This document shows positions 34,801-46,627 of a stretch of DNA of 64,000 nucleotides, one piece after another (the stretch's first letter is position 1; each line of letters opens with the position of its first letter). Position numbers and translations under genes: made by a program. This stretch comes from Lama guanicoe (lineage: Eukaryota), in NCBI GenBank assembly GCA_013239625.1, contig MU053334.1, positions 372,001 through 436,000 on the forward strand. Reading direction: 5' to 3'. The notes beneath the pieces were generated by a model. That model ran no database searches, was not told the DNA's origin, and worked only from the letters and a program-made list of their open reading frames with translations.

Positions 34801-37418
34801 GGAGGTATCTCTCGGCTGGACCTGACCTGAAGGACCCGGAGGTCCCAAATTCTCCATGGCTATGAGTCCTCCTTTCCTGTGACGTGCAGGAGGGCAGCTT
34901 CTGCCGGAGACCCCAGACCCAGGAGGCCCGTTTCCTAACCCAACTGCTCACAGTCCCCGAAGGGTGATGTGCGGTTCTGGAGCTGACTCTCATCCACGCC
35001 AGGTCCTGCAGCCCCAGGTGGACAGCAGCCCCTGCCCCTGCCCCCCAGCCCAGGGCCCCTTGTTTCTGTGACCCCTCCCTGTCCCTGTCCCGCCCCTCCC
35101 CCAAGGCCACTGGCTGGCCAGAGGACACAGGAGGAGGCAGGAGGTGGCCACCCACACAGTGTGCAATGGACCTGCCCTCTACCATGGAAAACAGAGAGCT
35201 TTAATTGAGTGCCAACTGTATGCAGAGCACACTGAGGGTTGGAGGCCCCAGAGCAAACAGTGGGCTCTCTGAAGGGCCAGGGAGGACTTGTGGTGCCAGA
35301 TCCTCCAGAAACATTCACCCTGTGCCTGGGGGTGCCTGGGTGGAGCTCCTCCCCCCTCCCCTTCCCATCTTACCCCAGCTGTTTGGTGCCCCCCCACCCC
35401 AGGGGCCTGGTTGAGCTACTGGCAGGGGCTTGGAGGGGCACTGGGAGCAGGTGTGGACAGTGACCCCCAGCCCATACAGGGGCCTGGAGGATATGATTTC
35501 TCCACTGTTCTGATCTGTGGCTACAGAGGTGGCTTCCAGCAGAGGGAGCCTCACGAGGGCCCCCAGTCCCGGCATCTCAGGCCCCCTCCTGCCCACCTCT
35601 GCCGGGCAGGGCCAGGAGGGGCTGCTGGATACCAAGGACACGCCCAGCTGTTAAGGAGTTGCCCGGTGACCCCCACCTGGTGGCTCTGGGCCCCCACCCA
35701 GCTCTAGACCTGAGGACAATTGGTCCCCCTGGTGGCCGCCTGGGACCTGGTGGAAGGGAGTAGTTGGCTGGGTGTGGCCAGTGCTCGCCGGCCCTTGGGA
35801 AGGTTGCAGGGACAAAGTCGGCCCTCCCAGCTGACCAGCAGAGGCCCTGCCACACGGGGTGGGCGCCTCCTGGGGCCATGTGTCCCGGCCTGTCAGTGCT
35901 GACCGGGCCCTCGAGTGAGGTCTTGGGCTCCTGACCCCCAGCCCCCATGTGTAACCCCGTCCTAGCCCTGCCCTGAATTTCACCCCAAGTCCCCGCTCAG
36001 ACCCCTTGGCTCTAACACCTTAGCCCTTGGACGCAGCCCTGGGCCCCACACCCTAACCCTAATCCCCACTCTAACCTCCCTCCCTGAAGCCCCCTGACCC
36101 CTCTGGGCTGACCCCCTGGTTCTGACCCTCGCCCCGTCTGCTCCATCCCTCCATTCCTGCACCCGAGCTGATTTAATACACGAGAGGCTCAGGGGAGGAA
36201 GGTGGGTCCCCACTGAGGCTGCACCCAGGCATGTGACCAAGGGTACCGTATCTGGGGTGTCCACTCGGCCCACCGCCCTGGGCCAGAGGGCAGGCTGGAC
36301 TGGGGGCAGGCCCACCGTCCTGTCCCCTGTGACTCTGCCCCAATTCTGTGAGCTGGTGAGGGAACAGCTGCTTACTTCCTTCCGTTCCTGGGGGGCGGGA
36401 GAAGCAGGTGCACTCCTGGCCCCCGGGATCTGGGCTGGCTCTGGGCAGATGCCCGGAGGAGGAAGGGCGGCGGTGCTGGACCCGTGCCCCAACAGGACCT
36501 GGCCATAAAGTGAGGCAGGGGCGGGGCTGCGGTGTGGACAGCTGACTTTCCTCCCCGCCTGGCCCCCAGCTGTCAGCCCTTCCCAGGAACCGGCACCCTT
36601 GTTTGTTCCTTGAGAGAGTGAAAGAGTGGGTGGCATTGCCTGCCTGAGCCCTGGTAGGGGCCTCTGAGAGCCTGGGGAGGGGTGGGCAAGGGGCCGGGGC
36701 TCCACTGGGGACCCTAAGGCTGCAGGCACAGCGCCCACCCCTCCCGCAGTGGGCACAGGCCTGCCGAGGCTGCCGGCGTCCAGGCAGGGGGACTGCAGCC
36801 CAGAAAAGGCGGGGCCTGTATGACCCCACGGGGCCACCAGCCAGCCCGAGCTGGGCCCTGGGGCCGGGGCTACCTCTTCCCCGGCCTAGCCTCGTCTTGG
36901 ATGGAGAAATACGGTAGTCCACTGAGGCGGAAGTAGCCATTTCAAAGGGACCATGTCGGGGAGCAGTTACTGTCTTTCTTCCATCTTCTCGTTGGCTGCC
37001 CGTGGCAGAGGCCCCACGCAGGCATCAATACTCACCTGGACGATTCTGCTAATATTAGCTCACGTTGGCACAGACGGTGCAGAAGCCCCAGCGGGCGAGG
37101 CTGCTGGCCCCTCAGCCAGGGTCTGGGTGCCGGCCCGGCGGGGCAGGGCCCTCATCTTCCCTCCTACACGCCCCCAGGGAAAGAAGCACCAGAGTCCGGA
37201 TGGGTCCACAGACGTTCCTCATGTGACTGAGCCCAGTCTCGGCCCCGGAGTGCGAGGAACCGGGTCCCACAGCAGCGTGCTGCGCGTGGACGTGGTGCCG
37301 CCCTGGGGTGCGCTGAGCCCCGACCCCTGGGCTGTGCTGGTCACACCTGGGTTCCTGGCAGCCGGCTTCTCCAAAATGAGGGAGGGACCTGTCACTTCAG
37401 GGAAAAGCACAGGCAGGT

Positions 37419-37570
37419 GGGGAGGGGATAACTCAGTGGCAGAGTGTGTGCTCAGCACGCACGAGGCTCTGGGTTCAATCCCCAGTGCCTCCATTGAAAA
37501 TAAAAGATTGATAATAAACCTGGCTACCTCCCTGCCAAAAATTAAAAATTAAAAAAACAGAAAGAGAAAA
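37419..37570 (+). mobile_element. tRNA-derived SINE resembling camelid vic-1
   Basis: A-box TAACTCAGTGG, B-box GGTTCAATCCC, then AATAAACC...ACCTCCC and an A-rich tail. Confidence 0.75.
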
Positions 37571-38559
37571 ACAGAAGACAGCCTTTATTGTCATGGTAAA
37601 TTCGAGCTTCCTAGTGGAAATTGGAATTTTGGAACCTGCCACCTTAAGCGAGACCGCTTCCCGAAAAAAGAGCTTTCTAGGGGCGGATGGTGTTGGAGAG
37701 CGTGCGTTCCGCGGACGCGGAATGTGAAACTGTGACACAGGATGTCACAGCATCACGACGGCCAAACATCCCGTCACAGAGCAAGGTGGACCGAGGGTTC
37801 CCGAGGCCCGGGCGAGACGTGCCCTGGGGGGACCCCGTGCCGGATGGCAGCTCCCCGGGAGACGCCGCTTGTGGGGGTTTGGTGTCGGATCGAAGGGGAA
37901 AGTCCTCGATGACCCGAGATGGCCATCCACGTGCTCCCGCCTTTCCACGTGCAAATCTGTGCGCGGCCGGATTCCCTCCGTGCCTTCAGCATGGAGGACG
38001 GGCCCCAGCAGACGGAAGGCGGGGGCAGGCACGGGCCCCAGCTGCTGTGAAGCCGCATCCAGGAGACCTGCAAAGACGTGTATTGATGCCACTCTTCTTA
38101 CCGAGTTTCCCCCCCACCCAGAAAATCTAGGGTTTTTTGGGGGCAAAAAATGTTATTTATGTTAACATGTAATGTGTGTATCACTATTTTTAACTGAAAT
38201 AAAACACATTTAAGAAATTTCTCAGCTTTACCACCTAAGGTGGCAAATATCGAGGGATATCACCCACAGAAGCCGGAGCTCTTTGGAGCCCTCGACACAG
38301 TTTGAGGGGCAAAGGCGCCTTCAGGTGCAGGCGTCTGTCCCGTCTTCAGGGAGAGCGGAGGCTTAGTCCCCCTTGTCCCGCTGGGTGCGCGGCTCTCGCC
38401 CACCGGAGCGCGTGCTCCTTCCTGATGGGGGGCCCTGATCTGGGGGAGCAGCGAGGGTGCCCCCGTGCAGAGGTCTGACCCTGCTCTGAGCCCTCCCAGA
38501 GGGGTCACAGTGGCAGGCTGCCTCCCCGACTTGCGTTTATTTATTCATTACTTAAAAAA

Positions 38560-39270
38560 AACTCTCTTTAAAAAAAATTATGTTTTAATTTTGGCGCAAT
38601 ACACATAACATAAAATTGACAATTTTAACCTTTTAAAATTATATAGTCCAGTGGCATTAAGACATTCACACTGCTATGCAACCACGACCGCCACCCGTCT
38701 CTGGAAATAGTTCATCTTCCAAGACTGTCCCCTTTAAACGCTTACCAATTAAAATTAAAATTAAAAGAGAAAAATTGGACCCCTTTAAACACTCACTCCC
38801 CTCCCCCTCCCCCAGNNNNNNNNNNNNNNNNNNNNNNNNNNNNNNNNNNNNNNNNNNNTGAGTGGAGTCACACAGGACCTGTCCTTCTGTGTCTGGCTTA
38901 TTTCACTGAGCATCACGTCCCCAAGGCCCATGCGTGTTTATAGCCTGTGTCAGGATTTCCTTCTGTGTATCCGTTCATCTGTTGATGGCCACGGCTGACT
39001 TCCATGTTCTAGCGGTTGTGAATAAAGATGCTGTGAACATGGGTGTGCGAATATTTGAGTCCTTGCTTTCTATGCACTTGTGATGTACCCAGAAGTGGAG
39101 CTGCCAGATCAAACAGTGTTCTCTTTTATATTGTTTGAGGAGCTGTCTCGCTGCTCCCCACCATTTCATATTCCCACCAGCAGTGCACAGGGTCCTGCCT
39201 TCTCCGCATCCTTGCCGACACTCATTACCGTCTGTTTTCTGGACGACAGCTAGCCTGGTGGGTGTGCTGC
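38560..39270 (-). mobile_element. 3' end of an old L1 (L1M-type), interrupted by the assembly gap
   Basis: ATAACATAAAATTGAC..., TCTGGCTTATTTCACTGAGCAT, TGCTGTGAACATGGGTGTGC, ATTCCCACCAGCAGTG. Confidence 0.75.
38816..38858. other. Assembly gap (43 N)
   Basis: Run of N. Confidence 0.99.
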
Positions 39271-41578
39271 CCTGGCCTCTGGCTTCAGGTCCACTCTTGG
39301 GGGCCCCAGGGCTGGGCCTGGGTGCCGCAGACCTGCAGTGGGCTCTCGGACCAGGCCCCTCTGTGCCCTGCAGACCCTCCCTGCCCACGCTCCTGTGTCC
39401 CTCCCTGGTGGCCCTCACCTTCCCTGGGGAGCTCCTGACCTCGGCACCAGTCTGGTGGGAGGCTGAGGGGCTGGGCTGCCCCTCCCAGGCGACCTGCTAG
39501 GATCTGGGTGTCGTGTGGTCTCCTGCCCCTAGAAGTGCCCCAGGGTGTCTGTGTCTCAGGACCAAGGCCCAGGCCTCCCTGTCCTTGGAGTCTGCGGGAC
39601 CCCGCCCCAGCCAGCGGGGCGGGCCCGGCTGCGGGGTCTGGGCTGACGCCGGCGTCCTCCTGAGGTGCCGTCCTCCCTGTGCTGTGTGGTTGTTTCAGGC
39701 GGTTCTGGAAGCAGGACTTCATGGCCCGGCTGAGCCTGGCCCTTTGCGTCTTGGTGAACCGAGCCAACGTCACCCTGGCCTCGCTGGCTCCAGCTGCCCC
39801 GACTCACGTGGCCAGAGTCTGGAGAGACGCCAGACACTCTGCTCTGTCCCGCCAGCAGGCCCTGCACAGTCGGCACCGAAGCTGGGAGATGCTAAAGCCG
39901 CGTGGGTCCCCACAGCCTCCCTCCTGGCTCTTCCGTGCAGCTTTGGCAGTGTTTCCGTGTCTGCACATTCTTGGGGACAGTTTGGACCCGATTCTCTTTA
40001 TGAAATAATATTGACTTCTCTGAGTTGTCAGTGGCCTGGAGTCCCCGTTTCGGCCCCCACAGAGGGGCTTCTGGGTTAGGATGGGAGACCTGGAGTCCCC
40101 TGCACCGGCCTCAGCGCCCCTAGTCCCTGGTCCCTGAACATGAGGATTCCAGGGCCCATGGGGCTCCTCAAAAGGGACCGTCCACACCTTGCCATATGTG
40201 GACAGAAGGGGGTGCAGACCAGGGTCTCCCCTGCCCCGGATGCGTCCCCCCACCCCCAGATACTGCTGCTCCTCTGCACTGGATGTGGTGCAGTTCAGCT
40301 CACGCACACTGTGTGCTCTTAATGTGTCCTGTCACCTTAGATTGTCTCATGACCTCGTTCCCCCAACCAGATCTTGGGGGAATAAACATTAAATCTTCAC
40401 TGAGAGCACGATTTTTAACGGCTGTGGACAAGTCTGGGCACAGCCTCTCTGTTCTTCATCCAGTCTGGCCCTGTCAGTGGGATGACGAGGTTGCGAGCAG
40501 CACTGGTGTTTGGGAACCTGGGTGTCGTGGTGGTGAGGCGGGCTGTGTCTGCCCCAGGAGGAGCCCCACGGCGCCCAGCCCCTCCCCAGCCAACGGGTGC
40601 CCACTGCCTGCGGCCTGGCCACAGGGCTCCAGAAATGCCCTCCTTTAAAGCAACTGCCGTCCTGATGGCAAACACTGGGTCTCACTGTCCTGTGTTTCCT
40701 GGAGACGGAAACTGCGGTGTGGGTGTGCCTGTGCGGCCCTTTGACACTCCCGACAGATGACGTTCGTTCGGGGAGGCCCAGGATGTGGGCTGACGTCACG
40801 GTGCTTCCCGTCGGCCGCCCAGGCTGGGCGGGGTTGGGGCCCACGGGGCCGCTGGGAGGGGCCTGAGCTGGAGCTGCCCGGACCCCGGGCCCCCATGCGC
40901 CCCCATCTGAGCGGAGGGCCACAGGGACATTCGGGGCCTCCCGGAATCGGTGCCAGTTCAGAGCCGGTATCCAGTAGTCCCCAGAAGTCTCATTGCCGCC
41001 CCTTTCCCCAGCACAGTCCCCCTGTGAACGGCTGCAGGTCCTTCGGGGAAGCTGGGAGACAGCCAGCAACCGCTTCCAGGGGTGTCCCGGGGCCCTTCCT
41101 CAGGGGCTCTGGGTCTGTGGTCTGGTTCAAGTCTGGGGACTGACTGAGGGGCCATGACTCTCTGTTTTTACAATTCGGCTTAGACGATTGTTCACGTGAC
41201 CTAGAACTTCCCCCGTATACAGATGGAGTCAGAATTCAGCAGGCTTCCTGTCCACTTCCCTTCTAGGAGCACCAGGGTCAACTTGCCGGGGCCGCAGGTC
41301 AGTGCGAGTCTGACTGTTCTGACCGCTGCCCGGCCCTGCCCTCCATCCCGGTCACCACACCCACCTTGCCTGTGGCAGTTGCGGTCCCCCACGTGGCCCC
41401 CGCCACCCCTGAGTCCAAAGACCCCTCTCACTTAGGTTCCCCAGCTCGGTGACTGCAGTTCCCACTGTGACACCTGGACGACAGGGGACGGTGACCTCCG
41501 AGGATGAGATCCAGGAGGTGCCGGGGCTCCCCACGGGCTTACTCCTCACAGTCGGGGGGAGAGGTCGTCTTCTGGGCC

Positions 41579-42541
41579 CTCCCAGGTGGCAGGCAGATCT
41601 CACCTGGCATCCTTAGACCCCTCGATTTGAGTTGGCCGGGTGCTTCATTATGGAGGGGCTGGAAGGGAGGTGCTCCTCTGAACATCATCTCGGTGGGCGT
41701 GGACGCATTGCCTTGCCGTGATGTGATGAGAAGCCCCATCGCTGGGCTAGGGGGTGTCTGCCAGGGTTTCCATGCGATGTTACCCTTTTCCCAGTTCTTA
41801 ACTAACGGCCACCGGCAGGAAGCTACTCTGAGCCGCGCAGATAACTTGTTTCTCTTCAGCGTGGGTCCAGCGCCTGCGCCTGTCAGCAGACACTCCCTGC
41901 AGCAACGAGTACCACGGCGTTCTGACGGCGAATTCCCTTTCCCTCTCCTTCTGCCCCAAGTAACCAGAATTCTTCTGTGAGAGCAAGCTGCTCATTCCGG
42001 TTGCTTCATTTGTGCGGTGGCGAATGTGACTGTGGACCCCACACTGCCTTCATTCTGCGGGTGACGAGCCCGTGTTCCAGCGACTGCCTCCGCTGCTGAA
42101 GCAGGCCTCTCTGCCCCGAGGGGCTGCCTCCTGGGGCCTTGGGCAAACTTCCTGCCTTCTTGGACCACGTCCTTATTACCTGACCCCACAGGAGGCTGCC
42201 CTGGGTGAGCGCAGTGCTCTTGCCCAGAAGCTACTCTCTTCTCCAGGGCCCTGGCTCCTTCGACTGGAGAACAGTGTTGAGAACCAGGATCTGGCAGTGG
42301 CTGTGATTGTGGGTCGGGAGGTGGCAAGTTCGCAGGCTCTCTGAGTGGACGGCCTAGAAAGACTCCTGCTGCGTGCACACCTACTGCCTATCCGCCCACA
42401 GCTCTCTGTGTCTCCCTTCTGTCTGTCTCCATCTGCCTGGTGCCTGCTGTTGGGTACCCGGGTCAGAGACGCTATGTTATGTGGCAGCAGCTGACCTATG
42501 CATGCGGCAGGGACTTCGCAGACACGCTGCCCGGCTCCCTG
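41579..42541 (+). repeat. 963-bp direct repeat, copy 1
   Basis: Matches 44812-45774 at a constant offset of 3233; ORF translations within the repeat are identical. Confidence 0.95.
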
Positions 42542-44529
42542 GCCAGCTGGCCCCCCGGAGGCACTGCTGGATGGTGGGAAGGGGAGGGAAGGAATTTCTG
42601 TCCCTTTTCTGGCTTCTTTCGGATTCCCTGCCTTCACCCAGGGTGGCTCCCGCCGCAGTCTCAGCTCTAGGGCAGTCCCAGCCCCGCTGCGCCAAGCCCT
42701 CCCAGAGGCCCCTCCTCTCTGCCGGCTCCTGCAGCTCCCCCTGCCCTTGTGCTCCCCCAGCTGCCCCCTGCTGCTCCTCGGGGCTCCCTGTGGTCCTCAC
42801 AGCCTCCGGCACCTGTGTGGCCGGTTCTCTGTGCTGAGTCCCCTGTGTTTGAAATACACAGTGTGGTTTCATTTTCCTGACGGGACAGTAACTGACCAGG
42901 GCGGATTTCCAGGGTCAGTCCAGGGTCCAAAGGCAGGAAGGAGACTGGAGAGCAGGGGAGGGGCTGAGCTCACCTGAGGGGTCCCCAGGGCAGGAGGGGG
43001 CTCACAACTTACGGGGCGCTGGAAACGGCAGGAGCTGAACAGCTACACGGGAAAGAGGAAGGGAGAGTCTCACATCTGTGCCCTCAGGTTCCAGCTTCAG
43101 AAATTCGAGAAGCAAAAGGGCACGCTCAGATCCCAAGTAAGCGGAAGACAGGACTGTCACGGACAGGGTGACGCAGGGAAGAAGGGAAGCCCTGGGGAGG
43201 AGCGCAGCGAAGCCCACGGCGGTTCCCCGAGAGGATCAACGAACTGACAGCCTCCCAGCAGGCGGAGAGCGGACGGGAAAGGAGACAGAGGCTACCAGTG
43301 CAGATGCGAGCGGCGACACCACTGCAGGGCCCACAGGGCTTAAGGGGGTGATAAGGGAGCACTGTGAACCGTCTTCTGCCAATAAATTTGGCAGCTTGGA
43401 CGCAGTGGGCAAATTCCTTGAAAGACGTGATTCGCCTGAGCCCACTCAGAAAGAAGAAATGACTCGCACGGCCTTACGTGTTAAAGACATCGAAAAGGAA
43501 GACGAAACCCGGATCCTGCCTGCAGAGAGACCCCCGGGCCCTGACGGCTTCACTGCGAGCTCCATCAGGCATTCGAGGAGGAGGAGACCAGCTCTGCACA
43601 GAGTCTGAGGACGGCTGGAAAGGAAGGACTGTGCTCTGCCCCTTTCCGTCAGGCCAGCGTGACGCTGACGCCAGCGCCACCAACGACCCCCCAGGGGAAG
43701 AGCCGGAGCCCGAGACCCCCATGGACACAGGTGCAAAGTGTCTAAACGGAGTTTTAGCAAATCGAATCCAGCAACAGGGGAAAAGCACGAGCAAATGGGT
43801 TTTCCTCCCGGAATACAGGGTGAGTTTAACATCCATAAGGCGGCATCGGTCGCAGTGCTACCAGACTGAAGAAGAACACGCAGATGGCAGCGTCGATAGA
43901 TGCAGAAAGAAGCACGTGCGGGAGCTCACCGCTGCTTCCTGGTGACGCCCCTCAGCAAGCTGGAGACAGACAAGCGCTTCCTCAGCCCGATGACAGGAGA
44001 CTACGGAGCGCCCGCAGCTGGCGCCATAGGCTTCTCGACTGGACGCGCGTCCCTGACGCCGGGAGCAAGGCCAGGATGTCGGCTCTCCCCGCGTGTCGTC
44101 AGCGTTGCTGGAGGTTACGGCCGGTGCGGTCAGGAGGGAGAGGGAAAAACAGACCCGTCCAGCCTGGAAAGGAGGAAGTGAGAGCCCCTTCGCTCGCGGG
44201 CGCCGGGACGCTCTTGGTAGAAAACCTGGAGTACACAGAAAGCTGCAGTGAGTGGCGGGTGAGTTTGTCAAGGCCGTAGGCTCCACGCGGTCCGTACACA
44301 AAGATCCATGCCCAGAAAAGTCAGAGCTTGAAATGAACAGACCATCTACAGCAGCATAAAAAGCCGGCAAGATTTAGGGGAAAATCTGACGAAAGATGTG
44401 AAAGATCTGCACCCTGAGAACTACGAAACATTGCTGCGGGCGCTAAAGGTCTGAATAAATCGGAGAGAGGGACTCGCGGGTGGGGGGACTCAGTGTCGCT
44501 AAGACTGAACGCCTCCCACACTCGCCTAG

Positions 44530-45984
44530 ATGACCCAGGAGAAGCCGGGCACGAGGGATGGCCGCGTCCCAGGTCTCGGACGGGTGCCTGGGATGCGCCC
44601 TGCCAAGTGAGGGGCCTTGGCTTTGTGCAGGAAAGAACTCAAGCGCGAGCCCTGGCTGAGTAAAGGTCGATTTATTCAGAGGGTGCCCACCCTTGGACAA
44701 AGTGCGGGCCACCTCAGAAGGCGGGACAGACAGGGAGAGCCCCAGGGTACGGGGCTGTTAGTTTTCCCGGGGTGGGTACCTTCTCGTGCTGACAGGCAGC
44801 GGGGGGGGGTACTCCCAGGTGGCAGGCAGATCTCACCTGGCATCCTTAGACCCCTCGATTTGAGTTGGCCGGGTGCTTCATTATGGAGGGGCTGGAAGGG
44901 AGGTGCTCCTCTGAACATCATCTCGGTGGGCGTGGACGCATTGCCTTGCCGTGATGTGATGAGAAGCCCCATCGCTGGGCTAGGGGGTGTCTGCCAGGGT
45001 TTCCATGCGATGTTACCCTTTTCCCAGTTCTTAACTAACGGCCACCGGCAGGAAGCTACTCTGAGCCGCGCAGATAACTTGTTTCTCTTCAGCGTGGGTC
45101 CAGCGCCTGCGCCTGTCAGCAGACACTCCCTGCAGCAACGAGTACCACGGCGTTCTGACGGCGAATTCCCTTTCCCTCTCCTTCTGCCCCAAGTAACCAG
45201 AATTCTTCTGTGAGAGCAAGCTGCTCATTCCGGTTGCTTCATTTGTGCGGTGGCGAATGTGACTGTGGACCCCACACTGCCTTCATTCTGCGGGTGACGA
45301 GCCCGTGTTCCAGCGACTGCCTCCGCTGCTGAAGCAGGCCTCTCTGCCCCGAGGGGCTGCCTCCTGGGGCCTTGGGCAAACTTCCTGCCTTCTTGGACCA
45401 CGTCCTTATTACCTGACCCCACAGGAGGCTGCCCTGGGTGAGCGCAGTGCTCTTGCCCAGAAGCTACTCTCTTCTCCAGGGCCCTGGCTCCTTCGACTGG
45501 AGAACAGTGTTGAGAACCAGGATCTGGCAGTGGCTGTGATTGTGGGTCGGGAGGTGGCAAGTTCGCAGGCTCTCTGAGTGGACGGCCTAGAAAGACTCCT
45601 GCTGCGTGCACACCTACTGCCTATCCGCCCACAGCTCTCTGTGTCTCCCTTCTGTCTGTCTCCATCTGCCTGGTGCCTGCTGTTGGGTACCCGGGTCAGA
45701 GACGCTATGTTATGTGGCAGCAGCTGACCTATGCATGCGGCAGGGACTTCGCAGACACGCTGCCCGGCTCCCTGAGGAACCGAGCCGTCAGCCACCTTTT
45801 GGCCCTTTATGGTCAGCCTTGAGCTTCACGGCGCCGGTGGGAGGGCCATTTAGCAGCTAGCGTAGGTCGGTGCGCGAGTATTGAAGCTCAAGGTCCACCG
45901 GGAGTCGAATCTTCTGCCATCTTGGTGCTAATAGCTGTGTCATTCTTTTGATGGTTGTGCCCTGTCCCCTTCCCTCCTGTCTCC
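44530..45984. mobile_element. ERV-type solo-LTR-like element split by the 963-bp insertion
   Basis: Interrupts collinear L1 sequence; has an antisense poly(A) signal (TTTATT near 44671) and GCCATCTTGG; boundaries approximate. Confidence 0.55.
44812..45774 (+). repeat. 963-bp direct repeat, copy 2 (inside an LTR-like element)
   Basis: Same match as copy 1. Confidence 0.95.
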
Positions 45985-46166
45985 TGTGAATTCAGTGCAG
46001 TCTCAGTCAAAATACTAGCAGTCCGTTTTGGGTAGAAATTGATAAATTGATCGAACAGTTCAGATGGAAATGCGGAGGATGGAGGACAGCCAAAACAACT
46101 CTGGAAAAGGAGGACGAAGCCGGAGGCTGAGCATTAGGTGGTACTAGAATTACGATGAAGCTATAG

Positions 46167-46627
46167 TGTCAATGAAACGAGATAAGACAACGTGAGAGCT
46201 GGGGGTTAAGTTTTACCTGGGGCAAAGTGAGGACTATAGCCCGGGAGACAGCATCTCAGGAAGCGCCAAGAACCTGTTCCAAAGAGGCCGGGAGAGAACC
46301 GGTGTCACATGTGACTTCAGCGAAGGGGACGCGCAGCCGAGCACACCCGGGGGCAGAGGCTGCTGCTGGGCACGAGGAGCAGGTGTCCCCTTAATGATTT
46401 CAGTGCTTCTCTAGATATGGGGAGATGCAAGTATGTGGCTCCTAAAATCATCTCCTGAAAATGCCTAAGTGTCTGAAGGCCTGTTCAGCCCGTTGTCCCA
46501 GAGCAGAGCGCCTCATTCCTGGTCCCAGCCTGCACTCCTCCCCGGGAGCGCTGGGGGTCGGCGGCTGCTGCGGCCCATGATTTAATTCAAGCGGAAGTAG
46601 ATGGCAAGTGCCAAACTTGAGTTAGCG
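46167..46627. mobile_element. MER41-like ERV1 solo LTR with a 4-bp target-site duplication (ATAG)
   Basis: Starts TGTCAA; contains TGAGGACTATAGCCCGGGAGACAGC...TCCAAAGAGG; ATAG at 46163-46166 and 46628-46631; L1 sequence resumes after it. Confidence 0.7.

Noticed and set aside
37028-37039. U1 snRNA 5'-end similarity (ATACTCACCTGG)
   Set aside because: Only 12 nt, and the downstream sequence is not U1; better read as an antisense splice donor.
37419-37495. Possible tRNA gene
   Set aside because: It has A and B boxes but a degenerate cloverleaf and an A-rich SINE tail.
43168-43945. ORFs with L1 ORF2 motifs (PGPDGFT, NRIQQ) as an active retrotransposon
   Set aside because: Fragmented, frameshifted and interrupted by LTR insertions.
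41579-45774. The 963-bp direct repeats as the two LTRs of a provirus
   Set aside because: No TG...CA ends, primer-binding site or polypurine tract, and the intervening DNA is mostly L1 rather than gag/pol.
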